DNA of 61,669 nucleotides, filler included, from Vannella sp. (GCA_023345925.1; 7 parts of 7 records of this genome joined end to end with filler, not necessarily neighbours in it); one strand, 5' to 3'. Positions 11,632-23,559 are shown, counted from the whole stretch's first letter. Notes: generated by a model not told the origin, from the letters alone. Translations and numbers: made by a program.

Positions 11632-14283
11632 ATGGAGGACCTCCGCTCTCTGAAGCAGATGTACGAGGATGGTTACGTGGTTGAGTCTGAGTACAATCGA
11701 CGTCGACTGGCGCTTATCAATCAAATCACGGGGAAGAACTACACGATGGAGGACATCTTGGCGGCGGAGAACAAGGGAAAGCCCGGTGCAGCTCCTTCTG
11801 CCCCGGCTCCTGTGGCTTCGGCTCCGATGGCCCCTGCCCCTGTACCAACGCTAGCTGCGCCAACGCCTTTTACCTACCAGGCTCCTTCCCAACCCCAGTT
11901 TGCTCCCCAACAGCCCACCCGAGCTCCTGCTGTTGGTTTGGACGTTCCTCCTTCCCAGCGAATCACTATCACTCCGCCAGACCTGTTTGGAAGTAAGCTG
12001 TGCCCCCCTCTTCATCCGTGAGTAAGAACTCACCTCTCGTTGGGCGTAGTGGACGAGCTGGAGCTGGAAGAGATCCCCGCGGACCAACTGGAGATTTGGG
12101 ACGATTTGGATTCCTTGACGTTGGATCCAAAGCAAAGGCCAGCTCAGGTGCAACCCCAACAAGCCCTACCTCAGCCTCAACTGCTTCCTACTCCATCTCC
12201 GGCCTCTTTGCCCATATCCTCCTTTGGGGTCTCGCCTTCTAACCGTAGTGCCCTGGCTGGCGCTCCTGCGCTTCAACCAACGTCTGCCTACAACCCTAAT
12301 GCTAATGCTGCTACCCCACAGGCAACACTCCGAGCTACGCCATCTGCAGCTGAGTATCAGCAGACTCTCCGACAACCAGCCAACCTCAATGCAGCCACCA
12401 TCCGCCAACCCGTTAACCTTGGCAATGACAACATGGCTGGTGTGGGAGGCCAGATGGGAATGCAAGGCCAGATGGGAATGCAAGGCCAGATGGGCATCAA
12501 TACTGCCCACTCGATGAATGGCGGAATGATGCCAGGACAGATGGGCGGTATGCAAGGCTACGGTATGCCTGGTCAAATGGGTATGCAAGGCCAGATGGGC
12601 ATCAACACTGCCAACTCTATGTATGGCGGTCAAATGGGCATGCCCGGTCAAATGGGAATGCAAGGCCAGATGATCAACATGGGCAACACCATGTACGGAA
12701 ACCAAATGGACCCTATGGGCATGCAACAGGGTGGATATGGAATGCAGGGGGGCTATGGAATGCCTGGTCAGATGGGAATCAACACCGCCAACTCCATGTA
12801 TGGAAACCAAATGCCAGGCCAAATGGGAATGCAAGGCCAGATGATCAATATGGGAAATACCATGTACGGAAACCAAATGGACCCTATGGGTATGCAACAG
12901 GGTGGATACGGATATGGTCAGGCAGGAATGCAAGGAAACATGTATGGGAACCAACCGCAAGGTCAAATGGGCAACGCTGCGGCGCAACCTCGTGGAATGG
13001 ACACTGTTCGCACTACTACCAATGCTACACCAGCAGAGTTCCGCAACACTGCTTCATTGGAAAGCAACGCAATGGCTGTTAAGCCTTCTTCAAAGAAGCT
13101 TTTGGAGCAAATGCGGGGCGGTGATCCGAGCAGCAATCAGTCTTACACTTGGGAATTCTTCCATGCAGCTGGAAACAACAATGTTAAGCGCTTAAACGAG
13201 CTCCTGGAACTTGGGGTTGATGTCAACCAAGCAGATACGGACACGGGAAATACTGCACTTCACATGGCTTGCACCAAAGGACAAAAGCACGCTCTCTTCT
13301 TCCTTGTCGATCAAGGGGCAGATGTAAGTCACCTCCCCGAACCCCATTCCACTGCTAACCTTCTCCCTAGATTGAAGCACAGAATAAGAAGGGAAGCTCT
13401 CCTCTCCATCTTCTTGTCACCCATCGATTCAATACTTTGGTGGTCTGGATGGTCAAACAAGGAGCAGATATCACCGTGGAAGATGCTCGAGGATTCACTC
13501 CCTATGACATGGCCCTTCCATGGCTCCAGAAAGAGATGAAGGAAGCCATGTATGGCCGCCAAAGATCTCAAAAGACACAACAACAGATCAACCGCACTTT
13601 CGGTGCTCTGGCAGAAGATCTCAATCCAGAACTTCGCCGCGAGGTGAATTACAACCAGATGCAAGACTTGGGAGTGAACATGGATACCATTCGCAACCGC
13701 GAGGTAGGCGGTCCAGTAGGTGCCGGTGATATGGGCACAATGCGAGCACAACCTGCTCCTCTTGGTGCCCCAGCTCCAAACATGGCAACGATGGGTCGTG
13801 CTCCCATGGCAGGTACGACTCTCGACCTCTCTCTACTTGATAGCTCCTAACCATCTGGAACAGCAGCTGCCCCCATCGCTGCCGCCCCAGCCCGAGCGGG
13901 TCCCACAGAGCAAGAAGTGATGAAGATCTTCACAAAGAACAAAGGCTACAAGTCTCTTCTTATCACTTCCGAGACTTTGGCTGGTGATGTTTGCCGGATG
14001 ATGGCTGACAAGTTGGGAATGGCAGAGCATGTTGGTTCCTTTGATTTGGTCGATGTCCAGAAGGATCAGGGTGAGTAATTCGCATTCTATTTCCTCTTTC
14101 TGACTTGGAACAGAACGCCGCCTCGACCCGACAGCCAATCTATTCCAAATCAAGAAGTTTTGGCCACTTATCTTGGCCAAGGATGGCTCCAACGACACTG
14201 CTAAACACTGCTACTTTATGGTCCTCCCCAAGCGTGGAACCAATATCCAAGTCCAAAAGAAATACCTCAAAGCGATCTCCTAA
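11632..14283 (+). CDS. SHOCT-like N-terminus, G/M/Q low-complexity repeats, ankyrin repeats and C-terminal Ras-association/FERM-N-like domain
   Basis: LRSLKQMYEDGYVVESEYNRRRLALI; GMQGQM repeats; GNTALHMAC and GFTPYDMA ankyrins; MKIFTKNKGYKSLLITSETLAGDVCRMMADKL...ERRLD. Confidence 0.75.
12440..12960 (+). repeat. Imperfect coding tandem repeats (GMQGQM units; a ~35-aa block duplicated)
   Basis: ATGCAAGGCCAGATG recurs. PGQMGMQGQMINMGNTMYGNQMDPMGMQQGGYG occurs twice. Confidence 0.85.
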
Positions 14284-14293
14284 CCCTTTTGCT

Positions 14294-14308
14294 AAACCCT
14301 AAACCCTA
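14294..14308 (+). promoter_or_regulatory. Telo-box (AAACCCTAAACCCTA) upstream of the p24 gene
   Basis: Two tandem CCCTAAA-type units in a short intergenic region. Confidence 0.55.
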
Positions 14309-14440
14309 TCTCCTAAACCGGTTTACTCGTTTTTCGTGGATTAAACGACAAAGACGAATTATAGCAACAAAAGTGGTAAATTGGGTTTCAAGGCGGGTTC
14401 CACGTGTCAATTCATCGTTCTTCTTGTTGTCGCGGCTTCG

Positions 14441-15220
14441 ATGCAACGTCTGCAGTTGTGGCTTCTCGTCCTTGCTCTCGTTGCTGTGGCGCAAGCAAAC
14501 TTTGTGTTTGATTGCTACTACAACCGCGAGCGCTGCTTTGAGGAAGACATCGCTTACGATACCCTCGTGACTGGCAAGTACCAAGCCGGTGAATCCTCCG
14601 TCAGCACCATCCACCTCTTCGTATGATACCTACTCTACATGCAAAGATCCAATCACTCATTCGGTCTTTGCAGATCTCTGATTACGAGAACAACGTCATC
14701 TTCCGTGATAACGACGGCACCGGCTCGTTTGCCTTCACTTCGACCACTGCTGGCACCTACAAGTTCTGCTTCAGTTTGCAGTCCACGAGTATGTCTCTTA
14801 CAATCCTTTTGAACGGTCTCCTGACTATTTTGAGCAGCGGGGCAGAAGTACCTTCCTCCCCTCAAAGTGGCCTTTGATTTGCGGGTTGGTGTTGATGCCA
14901 AGGACTACAGCTCTATCGCAGTTGCAGAAGAGCTCTCCCCTCTCGAAATAGAGCTCCGCAAGCTGGAAGACGCCACCGTAGCTGTCAACCAACACCTCGC
15001 TTACATGCGCACTCGCGAGGCCGCCATGCGAGACACCAACGGTAGGAATAGCTTCCCCCTTCCATGATCAGCCTCTCACAGCCTTCACACTCCTCCAGAG
15101 TCCACCAACTCCCGAGCTCTCTGGCTCAGCATCCTCTCCATGGTCACTCTCGTGTCCCTGGGCGTTACGCAGATCGTCTATCTCAAGCAGTTCTTCCGCT
15201 CTCGCAAGCTCATTGGCTAA
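14441..15220 (+). CDS. TMED10: p24/emp24/gp25L cargo receptor, delta-type (multi-exon)
   Basis: Signal peptide, GOLD domain (ERCFEE...FAFT...YKFCF), LSPLEIELRKLED, MRDTNESTNSR, TM helix, YLKQFFRSRKLIG*. Confidence 0.9.
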
Positions 15221-15275
15221 TAGAAGCTCCTTCCCTCTTGTCCCCTCCCAACCGATCATTTGGAGGCCGCTTGGG

Positions 15276-17496
15276 ATGGAAGGGAGCTGGAGTCCGCTCT
15301 CGTCCACTCTCGGGGCGATTCTGTCGCGAGACGACACACCACGTAGTTCACAACTGGCGGTACAAGAGGGGCGCTGTCCATTCCACTTTGGAGTAACAAA
15401 TGGACCTTTCGTGGAGTGTGTGAAAGGAACTCGTCAGGAACGGAAGGCGCGCTTCATGTTTGGCTCTCAGTTCACAGACATAGCGGACATCGTTTTCCAC
15501 GACGTAGCTTTCGAGTATGTTTCGTTGGAATGGAAGGCTAGCAAGCTCCTTATGATGCTTGAGGACAAGAGGGAAGGAGCTTCCGGAGACCCTTCCACCC
15601 CTCGTGAGGTCTCTCTACCCACCTTTGGCTACTTTCTTTCAGTGTGTGAGCGTGAACTGTCTGCAAGAGCTACTGCAGAGGTCCACGCTCTATTGAGCCA
15701 ACGAGTTAGCGTCCCTGTTTTGCGACGGAAGTCGCTTGAGCGCAACGCCAAGCTCGGTATCTCTACAGACACCCTGAAGGGAGACTCTAGAAACGAAAGG
15801 AAGAAGACTGGATGGGGAACTCTCTTGAAGAGCAAAGCAAAGGGAGACAACGCGCCGTCCTCTCTCGAAAGGGCTGCAGAGAAGCCGGACCCTCGCAGTA
15901 CCTTCAAGAAAGCCGACAGCAAGTCAAGTCTTGATGCCCTCGATCTTATATCCGCTCCAGACACCACGCCAGAGCCTGCCACGCGAATGCAAGCCCGGCG
16001 ATCGCCTACCAACTCAAGTAGCCGCATGTTCACTAAGACACGTAGCGCGTGTGACATCAAGCTTTCCTCCGTCTACACAGAGTTTCAGATGACTGCCACG
16101 TGGGATGACGTGGTACCGAGCTCGCGTCCGGACCGCGAACAAGAAGGGCAACTGATCCAGCATGCAGAGGGATACCGCCAAGAAGCAGGCGGCATCTCTC
16201 AATTGGGAGAGCCAGACAAGTGGAGGTCAGCACTGACCTTCCGGGAAGTCATCAACTCGCGCCTCGACTTTCCCTTCTTCGAAGAGAAGATCGCCAGTGG
16301 CGTAAGTGGCCCCTCCTCGTGCGGTGCGGATCCAGTAGAACTCACTTGACCCAGCCTCATAAGAACTACCTGGCACTGGACCGTCAGGGGAACCTGGTAA
16401 TGATTGCCATGTCTCAGGACAAAACGCAGCCAACTTTGATTGTGGTACACTTGGTTGATGTGAGATGCGTTATGCGTCCAATACGGGGCTAATGGGGAGT
16501 AAATGGCAGAAAACGATGCAATTTGTGGTCAGCAACGAACACAAACCAAGGGAAATCCTCAAAGCACTTTCTATTCATCCCGTTCTCAGCAATTACCAAC
16601 TTTCCAATCCAGTTTCCTTCAAGCCAGCTGACTCGGACTCGTCTTTCAGCCGCATTGAGCGAAGTTATCGTGTGAATGCTTACAAGTTTGGTGTGTTGTA
16701 CTGTCGGGAAGGACAGGATGACGAGAATGACATGTTCAGCAACACGGAGGTGAGCGAAGATTACCTCGCCTTCCTTGCTTTTCTGGGAGAAGAGATCACT
16801 CTTGAAGGATGGACTCGTTTCCGAGGAGGTTTGGATGTCCAAAGTGAGTCTATTTCAGGTGGGCTCTCGACGAGTCTCATTCTCCCTTCAAGGAAACAGT
16901 ACAGGCCTCCGCTCTATCTTTACGACGTACAGGGGCTATGAAATCATGTTCCATGTGGCAACAATGCTCCCATTTGTGGCCAAAGATGAACAGAAACTTG
17001 AACGGAAGCGACACCTTGGGAATGACGTGATCATTCTTGTGTACAAAGAGGGCACTCAGAAGTTCAATCCTACTTGCATCCACTCTGAATTCAATCATAT
17101 ATTCATTGTGGTGCAGAAGATCCCCGATTCCCCACTTCACAGGTGACTTACTTCTTGTCTTCTAGAAGGCCTTCTCCTTTTGTTGGTATCTAACTCGACA
17201 TCAGAGTGGAAGTAGTCTACAAGGGAGATATTCCTTTCCCTCCAGTTCCTGTTCTTCCTGAGAGTGCCCAGTTTGCCTTGAATGAGCCTTTCAGGACCTG
17301 GTTACTGGCCAAAAGTAGGCACTTTCCGTTACTGTGACTCCATTCGAGTGAATCTAACCACCAAATAGTGGTGAACGGAGAAAGGGCAACAATGCTTTCC
17401 TCCCAATTCTTGGGAAAGCTCCAAAGAACCCGCAAGATGCTTATGGACGACATCAAAGATCGATTCAAGTCTCAAATCCGCGGTCCTCACACTTAA
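15276..17496 (+). CDS. Rap/Ran-GAP domain protein (multi-exon)
   Basis: YKFGVLYC, EDYLAFLAFLG, FRGGLD, EIMFHVATMLP, ERKRHLGNDVI, RTRKMLM. Confidence 0.92.
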
Positions 17497-17785
17497 TCGG
17501 GATCATCCCTCCCAGAACGGCCCATCCATGCGATCTACGTGGTATTAAACAGCCTGAAGAAGGGAATTGAGGGGAAGAGGGCTCCGAAACGGTGTTTGGG
17601 TTCCTTCTCGTGAGGTCATCCTGAAGCAGGATCACACTCCTCCCACAAAGGGGACCTTTAGGCTTTTGGATGCAACAGCAAAGGGCCAACTAGGTCACAA
17701 ACACTCGACTCTATTTCAATGGTCCATTCCTTTATCCTGAAAGTGTGTTCCCGGAAGCAATCCTCATTGGCATGGCAATGCAGAC

Positions 17786-19988
17786 TCAATAGAAGATTGT
17801 TAACGGAGGACGGGCAATCCAAGCTTCTGGCTGAGGCAAACCAAGGGCCCACAAGGAGAGAGCGGCCGTGTCCATCACACTCACGTACTCGAGAATCTCA
17901 AAGTTTTGGCGGACTCCACTACCCGAAGCAACCCAAGGAATAATGATGGATTGATCGTTGGTTCCCCCTTCGACCTTCCTTAATCCACCATGATCGGATT
18001 GGACTACCATCTGAAGAGCCCAAGTCAGATTCTCGTCATCAATACATGAAACTCCTTGAGATACCCACCAGATACTCTCCCCCCAAAGACTGAAGTGCTG
18101 AAATGATTGTTCCAAGATTTTGGTCGGCTACAGCGGCAGCAGCGAGATACTTAGTGGAGTTATATCCGTCACTCACTCCTGTTTGCCTCAATTGGTCGAA
18201 TTGAACAAAGCTGAAAACTGGTTTCTGTTGGAGGAACTTTGATACCTCTTGAGCCACTTGGCTATCGGAGTTATCTTGGTAAGTTTTGGAGATTTGGGTT
18301 GGGTCCAAGATAAGACTAATCTGCTTGTTGTTGTAAAAGGCTCCAGTGGTTGCCTTAGATGTTGATAGAACATCAAAAATTGAAGGAAATAATGCCCCAG
18401 CTCCGGTTGTTGGAGGGAGAGCGGCTGAGGCTGGAGGGGGCATCCAACTGCATGGTTGGCCAATCCCATCTGCACATATCCCGGTCTCTTCAGGCCCTGC
18501 ACCCATGATAATGCTGGCTGCGTTTGGTAGGGTAATGCTTGGCATGACTGCGCGAGCTTTGTCCGTAAAAGAGCCGCTCTTTCGTAGAGACAGGAGATTA
18601 GGCATTGAGCTAATTGCACTTGGAATCAGGCCACTAATATCTATCACCACAACTGTTGGGGTTGATGGTGAAGGGGGAGGAGTTACAGGAGATCTAGCTT
18701 TACCACTCCAAGCTTCAACCACTGGATGTCCTTGCATCAAAGGACTGGTCTCGACCCCCAATGCATACATGGCGGTGGCAGGAATGTCCATACCTCGAAC
18801 ATATCCTTGAAGAGTGTATCCTTCTTTCACACCGGGACCTGATACAATCCAAGGAATCTCTGCGTTCTGCAGATCTCCCACTCCAGTGGATCCATTCATC
18901 TGCCCACCATGGTCACTCGTGACAAGAATCAAAGTGGAATCAAGCACGCCTGCTTGACTGTAATACCCAAGGAGTATCTTAATCTCCTGGTCGACCGCTG
19001 CAATGGACTCCAAATATCGCTTCGAGCCGAATCCCGCACTCATCCCGGCCGATTGAACGTTTCCAAAGTGGATGAAAGCTACTTCTGGTTGGCTGGAAAG
19101 AACCAATTGACCCAGAGCAGTGACAAGACCTCCAGAATTGCCTTCGTAGTAAGTAAAATAGTCAATCAGACGCTTCTCAACCAGCCCAGCAATCAAAGCA
19201 TCGTCAGTGAAGCAGGCAGTCTGCAATAAGGGGTTGGAATACTTCACTGACTTGAAGAGTGTCGGGAAGAGACTCTCTTTTCCACTCAATGGCGTCAGCT
19301 AGCCGTGACGTTAGTCACTTCCTACATCCACCAAGACTCTTACTTGGTTCCGGCAGACACCAATCTCGTTACAGATCTGTTCACTGGTCTGATTGAGGAG
19401 TAAACCAGTAATGATCTTTGGAGCGAACAAGTCCACAAAGGTGTTGCACGTGGCCTTCAAAGGGAACTTCAGCTGGCTACATACGTCATGGAGAGCTTCT
19501 TCTAACTCGGCTTCGGTCTTGTTATACAAGGAAGGGTCGCTCTCGAAGACTATTTGTGCAGCGGGGACGACTGTGGAGCAGAGGAGGCATTGAGAGCAAA
19601 CAGGATCCCTCACACCATAGTTTTTACAACTATCGAGATGATACCATTCATCAGAGTCGACGCCAGTCTCTTCTGGACCAGCCCCAGTCAAGACAGCGGC
19701 CCAATTCGGCTTTGATTGCGTCGGAAGGGAGTCTCTGGCAGTGAAAGATGAAGAACCACTTGCAACAAGACTATCCAGAGTGGGATGAACCGAAGAAGCG
19801 TTGAAATAAACAGATCCAAGCCCACTTATCCCGATAATGAGTACCCGCGACGCGCTTTTGTAACCCAGCGCTTCATTCGGACGTGTCGTACCGACTCCAT
19901 GCCTCAGCTTCGTACCACTCGCATGCGCTCCCACGCAAAACAAGAGAACCAGAACACCAACCAAGAAGGGCCTCAGCGCCACCACCAT
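17786..19988 (-). CDS. Secreted tandem alkaline-phosphatase/NPP-superfamily protein with an inserted saposin-B domain (3 exons)
   Basis: Signal peptide. Two repeats of P(T/S)x(S/T)xPN...GAGPEETG, SDHGG, IPW..SG.GV and MD motifs. A 6-Cys saposin (CLLC...VC...TC...QIC...VC) lies inside repeat 1. Introns at 19299-19343 and about 18011-18068. Confidence 0.85.
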
Positions 19989-20141
19989 GGCGATTGGTCC
20001 AAAATGGGCCTTTCAGCTAAGCCGCTCATTTCGAGTCGATCGAGTGATTTTAGAGAAGAAAAATCTTAGGATATAAAATTAACCGCTGTGTGGGGTTATA
20101 ATCAAAACAACCCTCACCAATCACTTTCTCGTCGCTCAGCC

Positions 20142-20720
20142 ATGCAAGCCATCAAGTGCGTCGTAGTCGGTGATGGAGCCGTCGGAAAGACCTGCCTTTT
20201 GATTTCTTACACTACCAACGCCTTCCCCGGTGATTACATTCCCACTGTGTTCGATAACTATTCGGCCAACGTCATGGTTGACAACAAGCCCATCAATCTT
20301 GGTCTTTGGGATACCGCTGGCCAGGAGGATTACGACCGTCTCCGTCCTCTGTCCTACCCTCAGACGGATGTATTTTTGGCTTGCTTCTCAATCATCTCCC
20401 CTGCTTCTTTCGAGAACGTCAAGGCCAAGTGGTACCCTGAAATCAACCATCACTGCCCCAACGTCCCTATCCTTGTTGTTGGCACCAAGCTCGATTTGAG
20501 AGAGGACAAGGCCACAATTGAGCGTCTTGCTGAGAAGAAGCTGGCTCCCGTTCAACACCAACAGGGCCTCCAGCTTGCCAAAGAGATTAACGCTGCCAAG
20601 TACCTCGAGTGCTCCGCCCTGACCCAGAAGGGTCTTAAGGCTGTCTTCGATGAGGCCATTCGCACGGTTCTCCAACCCGCTCCCGTCAAGAAGAAGAAGG
20701 GAGGTTGCCTGCTTATCTAA
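20142..20720 (+). CDS. RAC1: Rac-family Rho GTPase (intronless)
   Basis: [44 protein letters not shown], polybasic tail and CAAX (CLLI). Confidence 0.97.
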   Translation: MQAIKCVVVGDGAVGKTCLLISYTTNAFPGDYIPTVFDNYSANVMVDNKPINLGLWDTAGQEDYDRLRPLSYPQTDVFLACFSIISPASFENVKAKWYPEINHHCPNVPILVVGTKLDLREDKATIERLAEKKLAPVQHQQGLQLAKEINAAKYLECSALTQKGLKAVFDEAIRTVLQPAPVKKKKGGCLLI

Positions 20721-20921
20721 GTTACTTGTTGTGCTTTCAGGACAACAATACACTTTTATTTTGAGCATGTAACTCAGGCCCTCCTCTTTCTGCACCCGTT
20801 CTCAAGGTTCTGCGCGAAAGCTGTTTTGGAGTTCACAAGGGGAACTGAGGGGAATGGGTGAGGGTATTATTAACATCAAATAATGTGTTGTGACTATACA
20901 TCAATGAGGACGTTGGGGTGG

Positions 20922-21465
20922 CTAGCGGTGGCCACCCATGAGCCAGGGATGTTTGAGGACTTCGTCAACAGAGGGGCGCTTGAGGGGATCCTTATCCAAC
21001 ATAGCACGAAGAAGAGGTCGCAGCTCCGAAGAGAAGAACGAAGGCATGAAGAAATCGGAAGCCACGATTTGATCGAAGATCACCTCTACTCGTCCACGAG
21101 CATCATCAAAGGGGAAAATTCCAGAGAGGAGGACAAAGAGCAAGATCCCTAGAGCCCATACATCAGCCTTCTTTCCATCATAAGGCTTGCCTTGGACAAT
21201 TTCAGGGGCGACGTAGTGGATGCTTCCACATCGGTCTTCTTGCATGATAGGATTGCGTTCTCCTCAGGCGCTCTTCATCAACGAGACATCTGCCACCGTG
21301 ACCTGAAACTAGAGAATATCATGTACAACAGGGACACTCACAAGCTCAAACTTATCGACTTTGGCTTTGCAACAGAGACTGAAAGAATGGACGACCTAGG
21401 AGAACGCAATCCAATCATGCAAGAAGACCGATGTGGAAGCATCCACTACGTCGCCCCTGAAATTG
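20922..21465. CDS. CAMK/SNF1-like Ser/Thr kinase fragments in inverted arrangement
   Basis: Minus strand 20922-21265 encodes GSIHYVAPE...DVWALG...RPSVDEVLKHPW. Plus strand 21269-21465 encodes HRDLKLEN...DFG...GSIHYVAPE. Confidence 0.8.
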
Positions 21466-21565
21466 NNNNNNNNNNNNNNNNNNNNNNNNNNNNNNNNNNN
21501 NNNNNNNNNTTAATTAATTAANNNNNNNNNNNNNNNNNNNNNNNNNNNNNNNNNNNNNNNNNNNN
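21466..21565. other. Artificial contig linker
   Basis: N44-TTAATTAATTAA-N44. Confidence 0.98.
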
Positions 21566-22489
21566 CGCATCTTTGACATCCGCCCGCCGCAGAACCCGAT
21601 CCAAGACCCGCGGGTGGAGTTCCACCAAGGCGACATCTGCAGCGTGGAAGACCTTGTGGCTGCTTGTAAAGATGTACAGACCATCTTCCACACTGCCTCT
21701 CCCCCGGAAGGTCGGGGACGTGAGCTGTACGAGAAGGTGAACGTCCTTGGGACCAACAACGTGATCGCCGCTGCCAAGCAAGCGGGCGTCCCGTGCCTTG
21801 TCTTCACCTCGACTGCTTCTGTCGTCTATGATGGACACGACATCATTAATGGGGATGAGACACTCCCTTATGTCACTACATTCCTCGATCCCTACATCGA
21901 GACGAAGATCCAAGCCGAGAAGGCTGTTTTAGCGGCCAACAGCCCCACTCTGCGCACCTGTGCGCTCCGTCCTTCAGGAATCTTTGGTCCACGTGACGCA
22001 CAAGCTTGGCCCGGGATCATTGAAGCAGGCAAGAAGGGCCAATCCAAGTTCCAGCTGGGCGACGGCACCAACTTGATGGATTGGACGTATGTGGAGAACG
22101 TGGCGCACGCCCACTGTCTAGCAGCTGACAAGCTGGTTGAGAAAGACTCTTCTGTCGCAGGAGAAGCCTTCTTCATCACAAACAACGAGCCCCTTCCCTT
22201 CTGGGAGATGCCAAAGTTTGTTTGGAGCTCACTTGGCTTCGCCACACCTCGGATCGTGATCCCAGCCTTCCTTATCATCTTCTTAGCGTGGTTAACAGAC
22301 ATCATTGTCAACCTACTACGTCCAGTGGTCACCCTGAAGCCCAATCTGACCTACTTCCGGGTCATCCTCGCGACATCTTCACGTTCCTTCTCGTCCGCCA
22401 AGGCAGCACGCCTTCTTGGATACACCCCGCCCATCCCTCTCTCCGAAGGCATGAGGCGCTCTCTTGCGTACTTTAAGGACTTGGAGTAA
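21566..22489 (+). CDS. NSDHL: Sterol-4-alpha-carboxylate 3-dehydrogenase (3-beta-HSD family), 5' truncated
   Basis: FHTASP, VNVLGT, TSTASVV, YIETK (YxxxK), ALRPSGIFGPRD, DWTYVENVAHAH. Confidence 0.9.
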   Translation, partial: RIFDIRPPQNPIQDPRVEFHQGDICSVEDLVAACKDVQTIFHTASPPEGRGRELYEKVNVLGTNNVIAAAKQAGVPCLVFTSTASVVYDGHDIINGDETLPYVTTFLDPYIETKIQAEKAVLAANSPTLRTCALRPSGIFGPRDAQAWPGIIEAGKKGQSKFQLGDGTNLMDWTYVENVAHAHCLAADKLVEKDSSVAGEAFFITNNEPLPFWEMPKFVWSSLGFATPRIVIPAFLIIFLAWLTDIIVNLLRPVVTLKPNLTYFRVILATSSRSFSSAKAARLLGYTPPIPLSEGMRRSLAYFKDLE

Positions 22490-22545
22490 AGCCTCTCAGC
22501 GTCCCCTTCCACTGAGCCATTTTATCGTGGGCCGGTCAAGAGAGC

Positions 22546-23535
22546 ATGGAAGTCTCTCAGATACTTCTCAATCCAAACGCGGACTGCTTCTCTCATGAGG
22601 AGAACAGCGCGTTGGAGATGGAAACGCTCTCTCACACTGGATTAGAGGAAGAGGAGTCCTTCCACTACTCCTTTGCCGCCCACTTCTCTCCACGGGCGAC
22701 TCCTTCACCCCCTTCTAAGCGGAGGAGAGCAAATGAGTTCCAGGCTCTTGAAGGAGAGCTAAGTGCGCATCCTGTCGTGGAGGGAGCGGTCTGCCGATGG
22801 CTCGAATGCAAAGCAGTCTTTTCTTCTCTCAAGGAACTCGGCTTGCACATACGAGAACACCTCAAACATCAAAAGGCTATCAACCGCAAAGCAAAGACGT
22901 GCGGATACGTCTGCAAATGGGAAGGGTGTTCTCGCCAGACCCCTTTCAAGGGCTGCTACAATCTGGAACACCACCTTCGCTATCAGCATACAGGAGAAAA
23001 GCCCTTTGAGTGTGACACATGCTCCAGTTGTTTCGCCCAGCGCTCAGACCTTCTAGAACACCGACAAAAGATCCACAGCATCTTCCCAACACCGCACAAA
23101 CGCTCATCATCTCAACCGGCCCATGGCTCGTTCACATACTTGCCAGGACTCAATCATTTGGACCCTGTAGGGAAGGTTCACCAGATCATGGCACCTCGCA
23201 CGCGCCCCGTTCCGATTCTTCCTTCACCCTCGCTGACAGAGTACGCCTTTGTCAATGTCCCCGCACGGCAGAACCACAGCCTGCACGTAAGCACCCGTTT
23301 CCTCCGAAGCGGTTTGAATGAGCCTGCACAACTCGTTCTTGTGTCGGGAACGGAGGCGTCTGGTGAGAGCATGTACACACACGCTTTGAGGAGCAGTGCT
23401 GAAGGGGACTACTTCGAGGCGAACCCTTTATCGCTTCTGCGCTTTCAACAAGAGATCCCTCCTGAAGGTTTGGAATGGACCCTCTTCTCCCCAGCTGCTG
23501 AGGGGGCTGAGTGGCCCGCGCAAACGAATAAATAG
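22546..23535 (+). CDS. C2H2 zinc-finger transcription factor (3 fingers, GLI/Zic-like CxW fingers)
   Basis: CRWLEC...HIREH, CKWEGC...HLRYQH, TGEKPF linker, CDTC...HRQKIH. Confidence 0.88.
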   Translation: MEVSQILLNPNADCFSHEENSALEMETLSHTGLEEEESFHYSFAAHFSPRATPSPPSKRRRANEFQALEGELSAHPVVEGAVCRWLECKAVFSSLKELGLHIREHLKHQKAINRKAKTCGYVCKWEGCSRQTPFKGCYNLEHHLRYQHTGEKPFECDTCSSCFAQRSDLLEHRQKIHSIFPTPHKRSSSQPAHGSFTYLPGLNHLDPVGKVHQIMAPRTRPVPILPSPSLTEYAFVNVPARQNHSLHVSTRFLRSGLNEPAQLVLVSGTEASGESMYTHALRSSAEGDYFEANPLSLLRFQQEIPPEGLEWTLFSPAAEGAEWPAQTNK

Positions 23536-23559
23536 TTTACCGGTGCTCACGTGGTGCAG

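Noticed and set aside
12166..12987. His-rich 273-aa minus-strand ORF
   Set aside because: Antisense shadow of the ATG-rich GMQ repeat (ATG reads as CAT).
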